From NCBI RefSeq assembly GCF_009914755.1, contig NC_060925.1: a stretch of DNA of 64,000 bases, one strand, 5' to 3'. This document shows, in pieces, positions 1-13,910 of the stretch (positions are counted from its first letter, which is position 1; each line of letters begins with the position of its first letter). The notes beneath the pieces are model-generated. The model was not told the DNA's origin. It made no database searches and saw only the letters and a list, made by a program, of their open reading frames with translations. The DNA is from the human T2T-CHM13v2.0 reference genome, Homo sapiens. The position numbers were made by a program, and so were the translations under genes.

Positions 1-3000
1 TTGAATGGACTGGAATGGAATCATTGAATGGACTCGAAAGGGATCATTATTGAATGGAATTGAATGGAATCATCGAATGGTCTCGATTGGAATCATTATC
101 AAATGGAATCGAATGGAATCACCGAATAGAATCGAATGGAACAATCATCGAATGGACTCAAATGGAATTATCCTCAAATGGAATTGAATGGAATTATCGA
201 ATGCAATCGAATGGAATTATCGAATGCAATCGAATAGAATCATCGAATGGACTCGAATGGAATCATCGAATGGAATGGAATGGAACAGTCAATGAACTCG
301 AATGGAATCATCATTGAATGGAATCGAATGGAATCATCGAGTGGAATCGAATGTAATCATCATCAAATGGAATCAAAAATAACCATCATCAAATGGAATC
401 AAAAATAACCATCATCAATTGGTATTGAATGGAATTCTCATCAAATGGAATTCAAAGGAATCATCATCAAATGGAACCGAATGGAATCCTCATTGAATGG
501 AAATGAAAGGGGTCATCATCTAATGGAATCACATGGAATCATCATCAAATGGAATCGAATGGAATCAACATCAAATGGAATCAAATGGAATAATTGAACG
601 GAATTGAATGGAATCGTCATCGAATGAATTGAATGCAATCATCGAATGGTCTCGAATGGAATCATCTTCAAATGGAATGGAATGGAATCATCGCATAGAA
701 TCGAAAGGAATTATCATCGAATGGAATCGAATGGAATCAACACCAAACGGAAAAAAACGGAATTATCGAATGGAATCGAAGAGAATCATCGAATGGACCC
801 GAATGGAATCATCTAATGGAATGGAATGGAATAATCCATGGACTCGAATGCAATCATCATCGAATGGAATCGAATGGAATCATCGAATGGACTCGAATGG
901 AATAATCATTGAACGGAATCGAATGGAATCATCATCGGATGGAAATGAATGGAATCATCATCGAATGGAATCGAATAGAATTATGGAATGAAATCCAGTG
1001 TGATCATCATCGAATGGACCCGAATGGAATCATCATCCAACGGATGCTAATGGAATCAACATCGAATGAATCAAATGGAAACACCATCGAATTGAAACGA
1101 ATGGAATTACCATGAAATTGAAATGGATGGACTCATCATCGAATGGATTCGAAAGGAATCATCGAATAAAATTGATTGAAATCATCATCGAATGGAATCG
1201 AATGGTATCATTGAATGGAATCAAATGGAATCATCATCAGATGGAAATGAATGGAATCGTCATAGAATGGAATCGAATGGATTCATTGAATGGAATCAGA
1301 TGGAATCATTGAATGGACTGGAATGGAATCATTGAATGGACTCGAAAGGGATCATTATTGAATGGAATTGAATGGAATCATCGAATGGTCTCGATTGGAA
1401 TCATTATCAAATGGAATCGAATGGAATCACCGAATAGAATCGAATGGAACAATCATCGAATGGACTCAAATGGAATTATCCTCAAATGGAATTGAATGGA
1501 ATTATCGAATGCAATCGAATGGAATTATCGAATGCAATCGAATAGAATCATCGAATGGACTCGAATGGAATCATCGAATGGAATGGAATGGAACAGTCAA
1601 TGAACTCGAATGGAATCATCATTGAATGGAATCGAATGGAATCATCGAGTGGAATCGAATGTAATCATCATCAAATGGAATCAAAAATAACCATCATCAA
1701 ATGGAATCAAAAATAACCATCATCAATTGGTATTGAATGGAATTCTCATCAAATGGAATTCAAAGGAATCATCATCAAATGGAACCGAATGGAATCCTCA
1801 TTGAATGGAAATGAAAGGGGTCATCATCTAATGGAATCGCATGGAATCATCATCAAATGGAATCGAATGGAATCAACATCAAATGGAATCAAATGGAATC
1901 ATTGAACGGAATTGAATGGAATCGTCATCGAATGAATTGAATGCAATCATCGAATGGTCTCGAATGGAATCATCTTCAAATGGAATGGAATGGAATCATC
2001 GCATAGAATCGAATGGAATTTTCATCGAATGGAATCGAATGGAATCAACATCAAACGGAAAAAAACGGAATTATCGAATGGAATCGAAGAGAATCACCGA
2101 ATGGACCCGAATGGAATCATCTAATGGAATGGAATGGAATAATCCATGGACTCGAATGCAATCATCATCGAATGGAATCGAATGGAATCATCGAATGGAT
2201 TCGAATGGAATAATCATTGAACGGAATCGAATGGAATCATCATCGGATGGAAATGAATGGAATCATCATCGAATGGAATCGAATAGAATTATGGAATGAA
2301 ATCCAGTGTGATCATCATCGAATGGACCCGAATGGAATCATCATCCAACGGATGCTAATGGAATCAACATCGAATGAATCAAATGGAAACACCATCGAAT
2401 TGAAACGAATGGAATTACCATGAAATTGAAATGGATGGACTCATCCTCAAATGGATTCGAGTGGAATCATCGAATAAAATTGATTGAAATCATCATCGAA
2501 TGGAATCGAATGGTATCATTGAATGGAATCGAATGGAATCATCATCAGATGGAAATGAAAGGAATCGTCATAGAATGGAATCGAATGGATTCATTGAATG
2601 GAATCAGATGGAATCATTGAATGGACTGGAATGGAATCATTGAATGGACTCGAAAGGGATCATTATTGAATGGAATTGAATGGAATCATCGAATGGTCTC
2701 GATTGGAATCATTATCAAATGGAATCGAATGGAATCACCGAATAGAATCGAATGGAACAATCATCGAATGGACTCAAATGGAATTATCCTCAAATGGAAT
2801 TGAATGGAATTATCGAATGCAATCGAATGGAATTTTCGAATGCAATCGAATAGAATCATCGAATGGACTCGAATGGAATCATCGAATGGAATGGAATGGA
2901 ACAGTCAATGAACTCGAATGGAATCATCATTGAATGGAATCGAATGGAATCATCGAGTGGAATCGAGTGTAATCATCATCAAATGGAATCAAAAATAACC

Positions 3001-3924
3001 ATCATCAAATGGAATCAAAAATAACCATCATCAATTGGTATTGAATGGAATTCTCATCAAATGGAATTCAAAGGAATCATCATCAAATGGAACCGAATGG
3101 AATCCTCATTGAATGGAAATGAAAGGGGTCATCATCTAATGGAATCGCATGGAATCATCATAAAATGGAATCGAATGGAATCAACATCAAATGGAATCAA
3201 ATGGAATATTTGAACGGAATTGAATGGAATCGTCATCGAATGAATTGAATGCAATCATCGAATGGTCTCGAATGGAATCATCTTCAAATGGAATGCAATG
3301 GAATCATCGCATAGAATCGAAAGGAATTATCATCGAATGGAATCGAATGGAATCAACACCAAACGGAAAAAAACGGAATTATCGAATGGAATCGAAGAGA
3401 ATCATCGAATGGACCCGAATGGAATCATCTAATGGAATGGAATGGAATAATCCATGGACTCGAATGCAATCATCATCGAATGGAATCGAATGGAATCATC
3501 CAATGGACTCGAATGGAATAATCATTGAACGGAATCGAATGGAATCATCATCGGATGGAAATGAATGGAATCATCATCGAATGGAATCGAATAGAATTAT
3601 GGAATGAAATCCAGTGTGATCATCATCGAATGGACCCGAATGGAATCATCATCCAACGGATGCTAATGGAATCAACATCGAATGAATCAAATGGAAACAC
3701 CATCGAATTGAAACGAATGGAATTACCATGAAATTGAAATGGATGGACTCATCATCGAATGGATTCGAAAGGAATCATCGAATAAAATTGATTGAAATCA
3801 TCATCGAATGGAATCGAATGGTATCATTGAATGGAATCGAATGGAATCATCATCAGATGGAAATGAAAGGAATCGTCATAGAATGGAATCGAATGGATTC
3901 ATTGAATGGAATCAGATGGAATCA
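1..3924 (+). repeat. Three tandem 1,308-bp short units (840 bp + one 468-bp subunit)
   Basis: Landmark ORF starts 5/1313/2621, 608/1916/3224 and 909/2217/3525 are each exactly 1,308 apart. Further 1,308 intervals start at 7054, 11914, 14998 and 16306. Confidence 0.93.
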
Positions 3925-4508
3925 TCGAATGGACTGGAATGGAATCATTGAATGGACTCGAAAGAGATCATGATTGAATGGAATTGAATAGAATCATCGA
4001 ATGGTCTCGATTGGAATCATTATCAAATGGAATCGAATGGAATCACCGAATAGAATCGAATGGAACAATCATCGAATGGACTCAAATGGAATTATCCTCA
4101 AATGGAATCGAATGGAATTATCGAATGCAATCGAATAGAATCATCGAATGGACTCGAATGGAATCATCGAATGGAATGGAATGGAACAGTCAATGAACTC
4201 GAATGGAATCATCATTGAATGGAATCGAATGGAATCATCGAGTGGAATCGAATGGAATTATGATCAAATGGAATCGAATGTAATCATCATCAAATGGAAT
4301 CAAAAATAACCATCATCAATTGGTATTGAATGGAATTGTCATCAAATGGAATTCAAAGGAAACATCATCAAATGGAACCGAATGGAATCCTCATTGAATG
4401 GAAATGAAAGGGGTCATCATCTAATGGAATCGCATGGAATCATCATCAAATGGAATCGAATGGAATCATCATCAAATGGAATCTAATGGAATCATTCAAC
4501 AGAATTGA

Positions 4509-4976
4509 ATGGAATCGTCATCGAATGAATTGAATGCAATCATCGAATGGTCTCGAATGGAACCATCTTCTAATGGAAAGGAATGGAATCATCGCATAGA
4601 ATCGAATGGAATTGTCATCGAATGGAATCGAATGGTATCAACACCAAACGGAAAAAAACGGAATTATCGAATGGAATCGAAGAGAATCTTCGAACGGACC
4701 CGAATGGAATCATCTAATGGAATGGAATGGAATAATCCATGGACTCGAATGCAATCATCATCGAATGGAATCGAATGGAATCATCGAATGGACTCGAATG
4801 GAATAATCATTGAACGGAATCGAATGGAATCATCATCGGATGGAAACGAATGGAATCATCATCGGATGGGAATGAAAGGAGTCATCATCTAATGGAATTG
4901 CATGGAATCATCGTAAAATGGAATCGAATGGAATCAACATCAAATGGAATCAAATGGAATCATTGAACGGAATTGA
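4509..4976 (+). repeat. Representative 468-bp internal subunit (19 monomers: ten 26-mers, seven 23-mers, one 25-mer, one 22-mer)
   Basis: ATGGAATCGTCATCGAATGAATTG recurs at 4509 and 4977 (+468), and likewise at 6285/6753, 9369/9837, 11145/11613. Hand parsing of monomer lengths sums to 468. Confidence 0.9.
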
Positions 4977-5277
4977 ATGGAATCGTCATCGAATGAATTG
5001 AATGCAATCATCGAATGGTCTCGAATGGAATCATCTTCAAATGGAATGGAATGGAATCATTGCATAGAATCGAATGGAATTATCATCGAATGGAATCCAA
5101 AGGTATCAACATCAAACGGAAAAAAACAGAATTATCGTATGGAATCGAAGAGAATCATCGAATGGACCCGAATGGAATCATCTAATGGAATGGAATGGAA
5201 TAATCCATGGACTCGAATGCAATCATCATCGAATGGAATCGAATGGAATCATCGAATGGACTCGAATGGAATAATCA

Positions 5278-7053
5278 TTGAACGGAATCGAATGGAATCA
5301 TCATCGGATGGAAATGAATGGAATCATCATCGAATGGAATCGAATAGAATTATGGAATGAAATCCAGTGTGATCATCATCGAATGGACCCGAATGGAATC
5401 ATCATCCAACGGAAGCTAATGGAATCAACATCGAATGAATCGAATGGAAACACCATCGAATTGAAACGAATGGAATTATCATGAAATTGAAATGGATGGA
5501 CTCATCATCGAATGGATTCGATTGGAATCATCGAATAAAATTGATTGAAATCATCATCCAATAGAATCGAATGGTATCATTGAATGGAATCGAATGGAAT
5601 CATCATCAGATGGAAATGAATGGAATCGTCATAGAATGGAATCGAATGGATTCATTGAATGGAATCAGATGGAATCATCGAATGGACTGGAATGGAATCA
5701 TTGAATGGACTCGAAAGGGATCATTATTGAATGGAATTGAATGGAATCATCGAATGGTCTCGATTGGAATCATTATCAAATGGAATCGAATGGAATCACC
5801 GAACAGAATCGAATGGAACAATCATCGAATGGACTCAAATGGAATTATCCTCAAATGGAATCGAATGGAATTATCGAATGCAATCGAATGGAATTATCGA
5901 ATGCAATCGAATAGAATCATCGAATGGACTCCAATGGAATCATCGAATGGAATGGAATGGAACAGTCAATGAACTCGAATGGAATCATCATTGAATGGAA
6001 TCGAATGGAATCATCGAGTGGAATCAAATGGAATTATGATCAAATGGAATCGAATGTAATCATCATCAAATGGAATCAAAAATAACCATCATCAATTGGT
6101 ATTGAATGGAATTGTCATCAAATGGAATTCAAAGGAATCATCATCAAATGGAACCGAATGGAATCCTCATTGAATGGAAATGAAAGGGGTCATCATCTAA
6201 TGGAATCGCATGGAATCATCATCAAATGGAATCGAATGGAATCATCATCAAATGGAATCTAATGGAATCATTGAACAGAATTGAATGGAATCGTCATCGA
6301 ATGAATTGAATGCAATCATCGAATGGTCTCGAATGGAATCATCTTCTAATGGAAAGGAATGGAATCATCGCATAGAATCGAATGGAATTATCATCGAATG
6401 GAATCGAATGGTATCAACACCAAACGGAAAAAAACGGAATTATCGAATGGAATCGAAGAGAATCTTCGAACGGACCCGAATGGAATCATCTAATGGAATG
6501 GAATGGAATAATCCATGGACTCGAATGCAATCATCATCGAATGGAATCGAATGGAATCATCGAATGGACTTGAATGGAATAATCATTGAACGGAATCGAT
6601 TGGAATCATCATCGGATGGAAACGAATGGAATCATCATCGAATGGAAATGAAAGGAGTCATCATCTAATGGAATTGCATGGAATCATCATAAAATGGAAT
6701 CGAATGGAATCAACATCAAATGGAATCAAATGGAATCATTGAACGGAATTGAATGGAATCGTCATCGAATGAATTGACTGCAATCATCGAATGGTCTCGA
6801 ATGGAATCATCTTCAAATGGAATGGAATGGAATCATCGCATAGAATCGAATGGAATTATCATCGAATGGAATCGAATGGAATCAACATCAAACGGAAAAA
6901 AACGGAATTATCGAATGGAATCGAAGAGAATCATCGAATGGACCCGAATGGAATCATCTAATGGAATGGAATGGAATAATCCATGGACTCGAATGCAATC
7001 ATCATCGAATGGAATCGAATGGAATCATCGAATGGACTCGAATGGAATAATCA
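5278..7053 (+). repeat. Representative canonical 1,776-bp unit (840 + 2x468)
   Basis: 13 of the 34 landmark intervals are exactly 1,776 and 2 more are 1,775. One GGAATTCAAAGG (EcoRI) site per typical unit. Confidence 0.93.
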
Positions 7054-10000
7054 TTGAACGGAATCGAATGGAATCATCATCGGATGGAAATGAATGGAAT
7101 CATCATCGAATGGAATCGAATAGAATTATGGAATGAAATCCAGTGTGATCATCATCGAATGGACCCGAATGGAATCATCATCCAACGGAAGCTAATGGAA
7201 TCAACATCGAATGAATCGAATGGAAACACCATCGAATTGAAACGAATGGAATTATCATGAAATTGAAATGGATGGACTCATCATCGAATGGATTCGAATG
7301 GAATCATCGAATAAAATTGATTGAAATCATCATCCAATGGAATCGAATGGTATCATTGAATGGAATCGAATGGAATCATCATCAGATGGAAATGAATGGA
7401 ATCGTCATAGAATGGAATCGAATGGATTCATTGAATGGAATCAGATGGAATCATCGAATGGACTGGAATGGAATCATTGAATGGACTCGAAAGGGATCAT
7501 GATTGAATGGAATTGAATGGAATCATCGAATGGTCTCGATTGGAATCATTATCAAATGGAATCGAATGGAATCACCGAATAGAATCGAATGGAACAATCA
7601 TCGAATGGACTCAAATGGAATTATCCTCAAATGGAATCGAATGGAATTATCGAATGCAATCGAATGGAATTATCGAATGCAATCGAATAGAATCATCGAA
7701 TGGACTCGAATGGAATCATCGAATGGAATGGAATGGAACAGTCAATGAACTCGAATGGAATCATCATTGAATGGAATCGAATGGAATCATCGAGTGGAAT
7801 CGAATGGAATTATGATCAAATGGAATCGAATGTAATCCTCATCAAATGGAATCAAAAATAACCATCATCAATTGGTATTGAATGGAATTGTCATCAAATG
7901 GAATTCAAAGGAATCATCATCAAATGGAACCGAATGGAATCCTCATTGAATGGAAATGAAAGGGGTCATCATCTAATGGAATCGCATGGAATCATCATCA
8001 AATGGAATCGAATGGAATCATCATCAAATGGAATCTAATGGAATCATTGAACAGAATTGAATGGAATCGTCATCGAATGAATTGAATGCAATCATCGAAT
8101 GGTCTCGAATGGAATCATCTTCTAATGGAAAGGAATGGAATCATCGCATAGAATCGAATGGAATTATCATCGAATGGAATCGAATGGAATCAACATCAAA
8201 CGGAAAAAAACGGAATTATCGAATGGAATCGAAGAGAATCATCGAATGGACCCGAATGGAATCATCTAATGGAATGGAATGGAATAATCCATGGACTCGA
8301 ATGCAATCATCATCGAATGGAATCGAATGGAATCATCGAATGGACTCGAATGGAATAATCATTGAACGGAATCGAATGGAATCATCATCGGATGGAAATG
8401 AATGGAATCATCATCGAATGGAATCGAATAGAATTATGGAATGAAATCCAGTGTGATCATCATCGAATGGACCCGAATGGAATCATCATCCAACGGAAGC
8501 TAATGGAATCAACATCGAATGAATCGAATGGAAACACCATCGAATTGAAACGAATGGAATTATCATGAAATTGAAATGGATGGACTCATCATCGAATGGA
8601 TTCGAATGGAATCATCGAATAAAATTGATTGAAATCATCATCCAATGGAATCGAATGGTATCATTGAATGGAATCGAATGGAATCATCATCAGATGGAAA
8701 TGAATGGAATCGTCATAGAATGGAATCGAATGGATTCATTGAATGGAATCAGATGGAATCATCGAAAGGACTGGAATGGAATCATTGAATGGACTCGAAA
8801 GGGATCATTATTGAATGGAATTGAATGGAATCATCGAATGGTCTCGATTGGAATCATTATCAAATGGAATGGAATGGAATCACCGAATAGAATCGAATGG
8901 AACAATCATCGAATGGACTCAAATGGAATTATCCTCCAATGGAATCGAATGGAATTATCGAATGCAATCGAATGGAATTATCGAATGCAATCGAATAGAA
9001 TCATCGAATGGACTCGAATGGAATCATCGAATGGAATGGAATGGAACAGTCAATGAACTCGAGTGGAATCATCATTGAATGGAATCGAATGGAATGATCG
9101 AGTGGAATCGAAAGAAATTATGATCAAATGGAAGCGAACGTAATCATCATCAAATGGAATCAAAAATAACCATCATCAATTGGTATTGAATGGAATTGTC
9201 ATCAAATGGAATTCAAAGGAATCATCATCAAATGGAACCGAATGGAATCCTCATTGAATGGAAATGAAAGGGGTCATCATCTAATGGAATCGCATGGAAT
9301 CATCATCAAATGGAATCGAATGGAATCATCATCAAATGGAATCTAATGGAATCATTGAACAGAATTGAATGGAATCGTCATCGAATGAATTGAATGCAAT
9401 CATCGAATGGTCTCGAATGGAATCATCTTCTAATGGAAAGGAATGGAATCATCGCATAGAATCGAATGGAATTATCATCGAATGGAATCGAATGGTATCA
9501 ACACCAAACGGAAAAAAACGGAATTATCGAATGGAATCGAAGAGAATCTTCGAACGGACCCGAATGGAATCATCTAATGGAATGGAATGGAATAATCCAT
9601 GGACTCGAATGCAATCATCATCGAATGGAATCGAATGGAATCATCGAATGGACTCGAATGGAATAATCATTGAACGGAATCGAATGGAATCATCATCGGA
9701 TGGAAACGAATGGAATCATCATCGAATGGAAATGAAAGGAGTCATCATCTAATGGAATTGCATGGAATCATCATCAAATGGAATCGAATGGAATCAACAT
9801 CAAATGGAATCAAATGGAATCATTGAACGGAATTGAATGGAATCGTCATCGAATGAATTGACTGCAATCATCGAATGGTCTCGAATGGAATCAACTTCAA
9901 ATGGAATGGAATGGAATCATCGCATAGAATCGAATGGAATTATCATCGAATGGAATCGAATGGAATCAACATCAAACGGAAAAAAACGGAATTATCGAAT

Positions 10001-13000
10001 GGAATCGAAGAGAATCATCGAATGGACCCGAATGGAATCATCTAATGGAATGGAATGGAATAATCCATGGACTCGAATGCAATCATCATTGAATGGAATC
10101 GAATGGAATCATCGAATGGACTCGAATGGAATAATCATTGAACGGAATCGAATGGAATCATCATCGGATGGAAATGAATGGAATCATCATCGAATGGAAT
10201 CGAATAGAATTATGGAATGAAATCCAGTGTGATCATCATCGAATGGACCCGAATGGAATCATCATCCAACGGAAGCTAATGGAATCAACATCGAATGAAT
10301 CGAATGGAAACACCATCGAATTGAAACGAATGGAATTATCATGAAATTGAAATGGATGGACTCATCATCGAATGGATTCGAATGGAATCATCGAATAAAA
10401 TTGATTGAAATCATCATCGAATGGAATCGAATGGTATCATTGAATGGAATCGAATGGAATCATCATCAGATGGAAATGAATGGAATCGTCATAGAATGGA
10501 ATCGAATGGATTCATTGAATGGAATCAGATGGAATCATCGAATGGACTGGAATGGAATCATTGAATGGACTCGAAAGGGATCATGATTGAATGGAATTGA
10601 ATGGAATCATCGAATGGTCTCGATTGGAATCATTATCAAATGGAATGGAATGGAATCACCGAATAGAATCGAATGGAACAATCATCGAATGGACTCAAAT
10701 GGAATTATCCTCCAATGGAATCGAATGGAATTATCGAATGCAATCGAATGGAATTATCGAATGCAATCGAATAGAATCATCGAATGGACTCGAATGGAAT
10801 CATCGAATGGAATGGAATGGAACAGTCAATGAACTCGAATGGAATCATCATTGAATGGAGTCGAATGGAATGATCGAGTGGAATCGAAAGAAATTATGAT
10901 CAAATGGAAGCGAACGTAATCATCATCAAATGGAATCAAAAATAACCATCATCAATTGGTATTGAATGGAATTGTCATCAAATGGAATTCAAAGGAATCA
11001 TCATCAAATGGAACCGAATGGAATCCTCATTGAATGGAAATGAAAGGGGTCATCATCTAATGGAATCGCATGGAATCATCATCAAATGGAATCGAATGGA
11101 ATCATCATCAAATGGAATCTAATGGAATCATTGAACAGAATTGAATGGAATCGTCATCGAATGAATTGAATGCAATCATCGAATGGTCTCGAATGGAATC
11201 ATCTTCTAATGGAAAGGAATGGAATATTCGCATAGAATCGAATGGAATTATCATCGAATGGAATCGAATGGTATCAACACCAAACGGAAAAAAACGGAAT
11301 TATCGAATGGAATCGAAGAGAATCTTCGAACGGACCCGAATGGAATCATCTAATGGAATGGAATGGAATAATCCATGGACTCGAATGCAATCATCATCGA
11401 ATGGAATGGAATGGAATCATCGAATGGACTCGAATGGAATAATCATTGAACGGAATCGAATGGAATCATCATCGGATGGAAACGAATGGAATCATCATCG
11501 AATGGAAATGAAAGGAGTCATCATCTAATGGAATTGCATGGAATCATCATAAAATGGAATCGAATTGAATCAACATCAAATGGAATCAAATGGAATCATT
11601 GAACGGAATTGAATGGAATCGTCATCGAATGAATTGACTGCAATCATCGAATGGTCTCGAATGGAATCATCTTCAAATGGAATGGAATGGAATCATCGCA
11701 TAGAATCGAATGGAATTATCATCGAATGGAATCGAATGGAATCAACATCAAACGGAAAAAAACGGAATTATCGAATGGAATCGAAGAGAATCATCGAATG
11801 GACCCGAATGGAATCATCTAATGGAATGGAATGGAATAATCCATGGACTCGAATGCAATCATCATCGAATGGAATCGAATGGAATCATCGAATGGACTCG
11901 AATGGAATAATCATTGAACGGAATCGAATGGAATCATCATCGGATGGAAATGAATGGAATCATCATCGAATGGAATCGAATAGAATTATGGAATGAAATC
12001 CAGTGTGATCATCATCGAATGGACCCGAATGGAATCATCATCCAACGGAAGCTAATGGAATCAACATCGAATGAATCGAATGGAAACACCATCGAATTGA
12101 AACGAATGGAATTATCATGAAATTGAAATGGATGGACTCATCATCGAATGGATTCGAATGGAATCATCGAATAAAATTGATTGAAATCATCATCCAATGG
12201 AATCGAATGGTATCATTGAATGGAATCGAATGGAATCATCATCAGATGGAAATGAATGGAATCGTCATAGAATGGAATCGAATGGATTCATTGAATGGAA
12301 TCAGATGGAATCATCGAATGGACTGGAATGGAATCATTGAATGGACTCGAAAGGGATCATGATTGAATGGAATTGAATGGAATCATCGAATGGTCTCGAT
12401 TGGAATCATTATCAAATGGAATCGAATGGAATCACCGAATAGAATCGAATGGAACAATCATCGAATGGACTCAAATGGAATTATCCTCAAATGGAATCGA
12501 ATGGAATTATCGAATGCAATCGAATGGAATTATCGAATGCAATCGAATAGAATCATCGAATGGACTCGAATGGAATCATCGAATGGAATGGAATGGAACA
12601 GTCAATGAACTCGAATGGAATCATCATTGAATGGAATCGAATGGAATCATCGAGTGGAATCGAATGGAATTATGATCAAATGGAATCGAATGTAATCCTC
12701 ATCAAATGGAATCAAAAATAACCATCATCAATTGGTATTGAATGGAATTGTCATCAAATGGAATTCAAAGGAATCATCATCAAATGGAACCGAATGGAAT
12801 CCTCATTGAATGGAAATGAAAGGGGTCATCATCTAATGGAATCGCATGGAATCATCATCAAATGGAATCGAATGGAATCATCATCAAATGGAATCTAATG
12901 GAATCATTGAACAGAATTGAATGGAATCGTCATCGAATGAATTGAATGCAATCATCGAATGGTCTCGAATGGAATCATCTTCTAATGGAAAGGAATGGAA

Positions 13001-13910
13001 TCATCGCATAGAATCGAATGGAATTATCATCGAATGGAATCGAATGGAATCAACATCAAACGGAAAAAAACGGAATTATCGAATGGAATCGAAGAGAATC
13101 ATCGAATGGACCCGAATGGAATCATCTAATGGAATGGAATGGAATAATCCATGGACTCGAATGCAATCATCATCGAATGGAATCGAATGGAATCATCGAA
13201 TGGACTCGAATGGAATAATCATTGAACGGAATCGAATGGAATCATCATCGGATGGAAATGAATGGAATCATCATCGAATGGAATCGAATAGAATTATGGA
13301 ATGAAATCCAGTGTGATCATCATCGAATGGACCCGAATGGAATCATCATCCAACGGAAGCTAATGGAATCAACATCGAATGAATCGAATGGAAACACCAT
13401 CGAATTGAAACGACTGGAATTATCATGAAATTGAAATGGATGGACTCATCATCGAATGGATTCGAATGGAATCATCGAATAAAATTGATTGAAATCATCA
13501 TCCAATGGAATCGAATGGTATCATTGAATGGAATCGAATGGAATCATCATCAGATGGAAATGAATGGAATCGTCATAGAATGGAATCGAATGGATTCATT
13601 GAATGGAATCAGATGGAATCATCGAATGGACTGGAATGGAATCATTGAATGGACTCGAAAGGGATCATTATTGAATGGAATTGAATGGAATCATCGAATG
13701 GTCTCGATTGGAATCATTATCAAATGGAATGGAATGGAATCACCGAATAGAATCGAATGGAACAATCATCGAATGGACTCAAATGGAATTATCCTCCAAT
13801 GGAATCGAATGGAATTATCGAATGCAATCGAATGGAATTATCGAATGCAATCGAATAGAATCATCGAATGGACTCGAATGGAATCATCGAATGGAATGGA
13901 ATGGAACAGT
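6700..13910 (+). repeat. Local duplication, offset 4,860 bp (1308+1776+1776): about 6700-9050 repeated at about 11560-13910
   Basis: Identical or near-identical ORF pairs 6753/11613, 7257/12117, 8061/12921, 8565/13425. Shared variants TTGACTGCA, ATCCAATGG, TCATGATTG, TAATCCTCATC. Confidence 0.8.

Noticed and set aside
4678-4696. Heat-shock-element-like GAAGAGAATCTTCGAA in A subunits
   Set aside because: It has only one correctly spaced GAAnnTTC pair, not three alternating nGAAn units. HSF1 stress bodies are mainly associated with HSat3.
4509-4976. 468 = 18x26 and 442 = 17x26 suggesting a pure 26-mer ancestry
   Set aside because: Hand parsing gives 19 monomers of mixed length (10x26, 7x23, 25, 22), so the divisibility is coincidental.
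8565-9056. Longest ORF class (163 aa) intact in several units
   Set aside because: It is open only when CGA-to-TGA and TTA-to-TGA variants are absent; most copies are broken. There is no sign of purifying selection.
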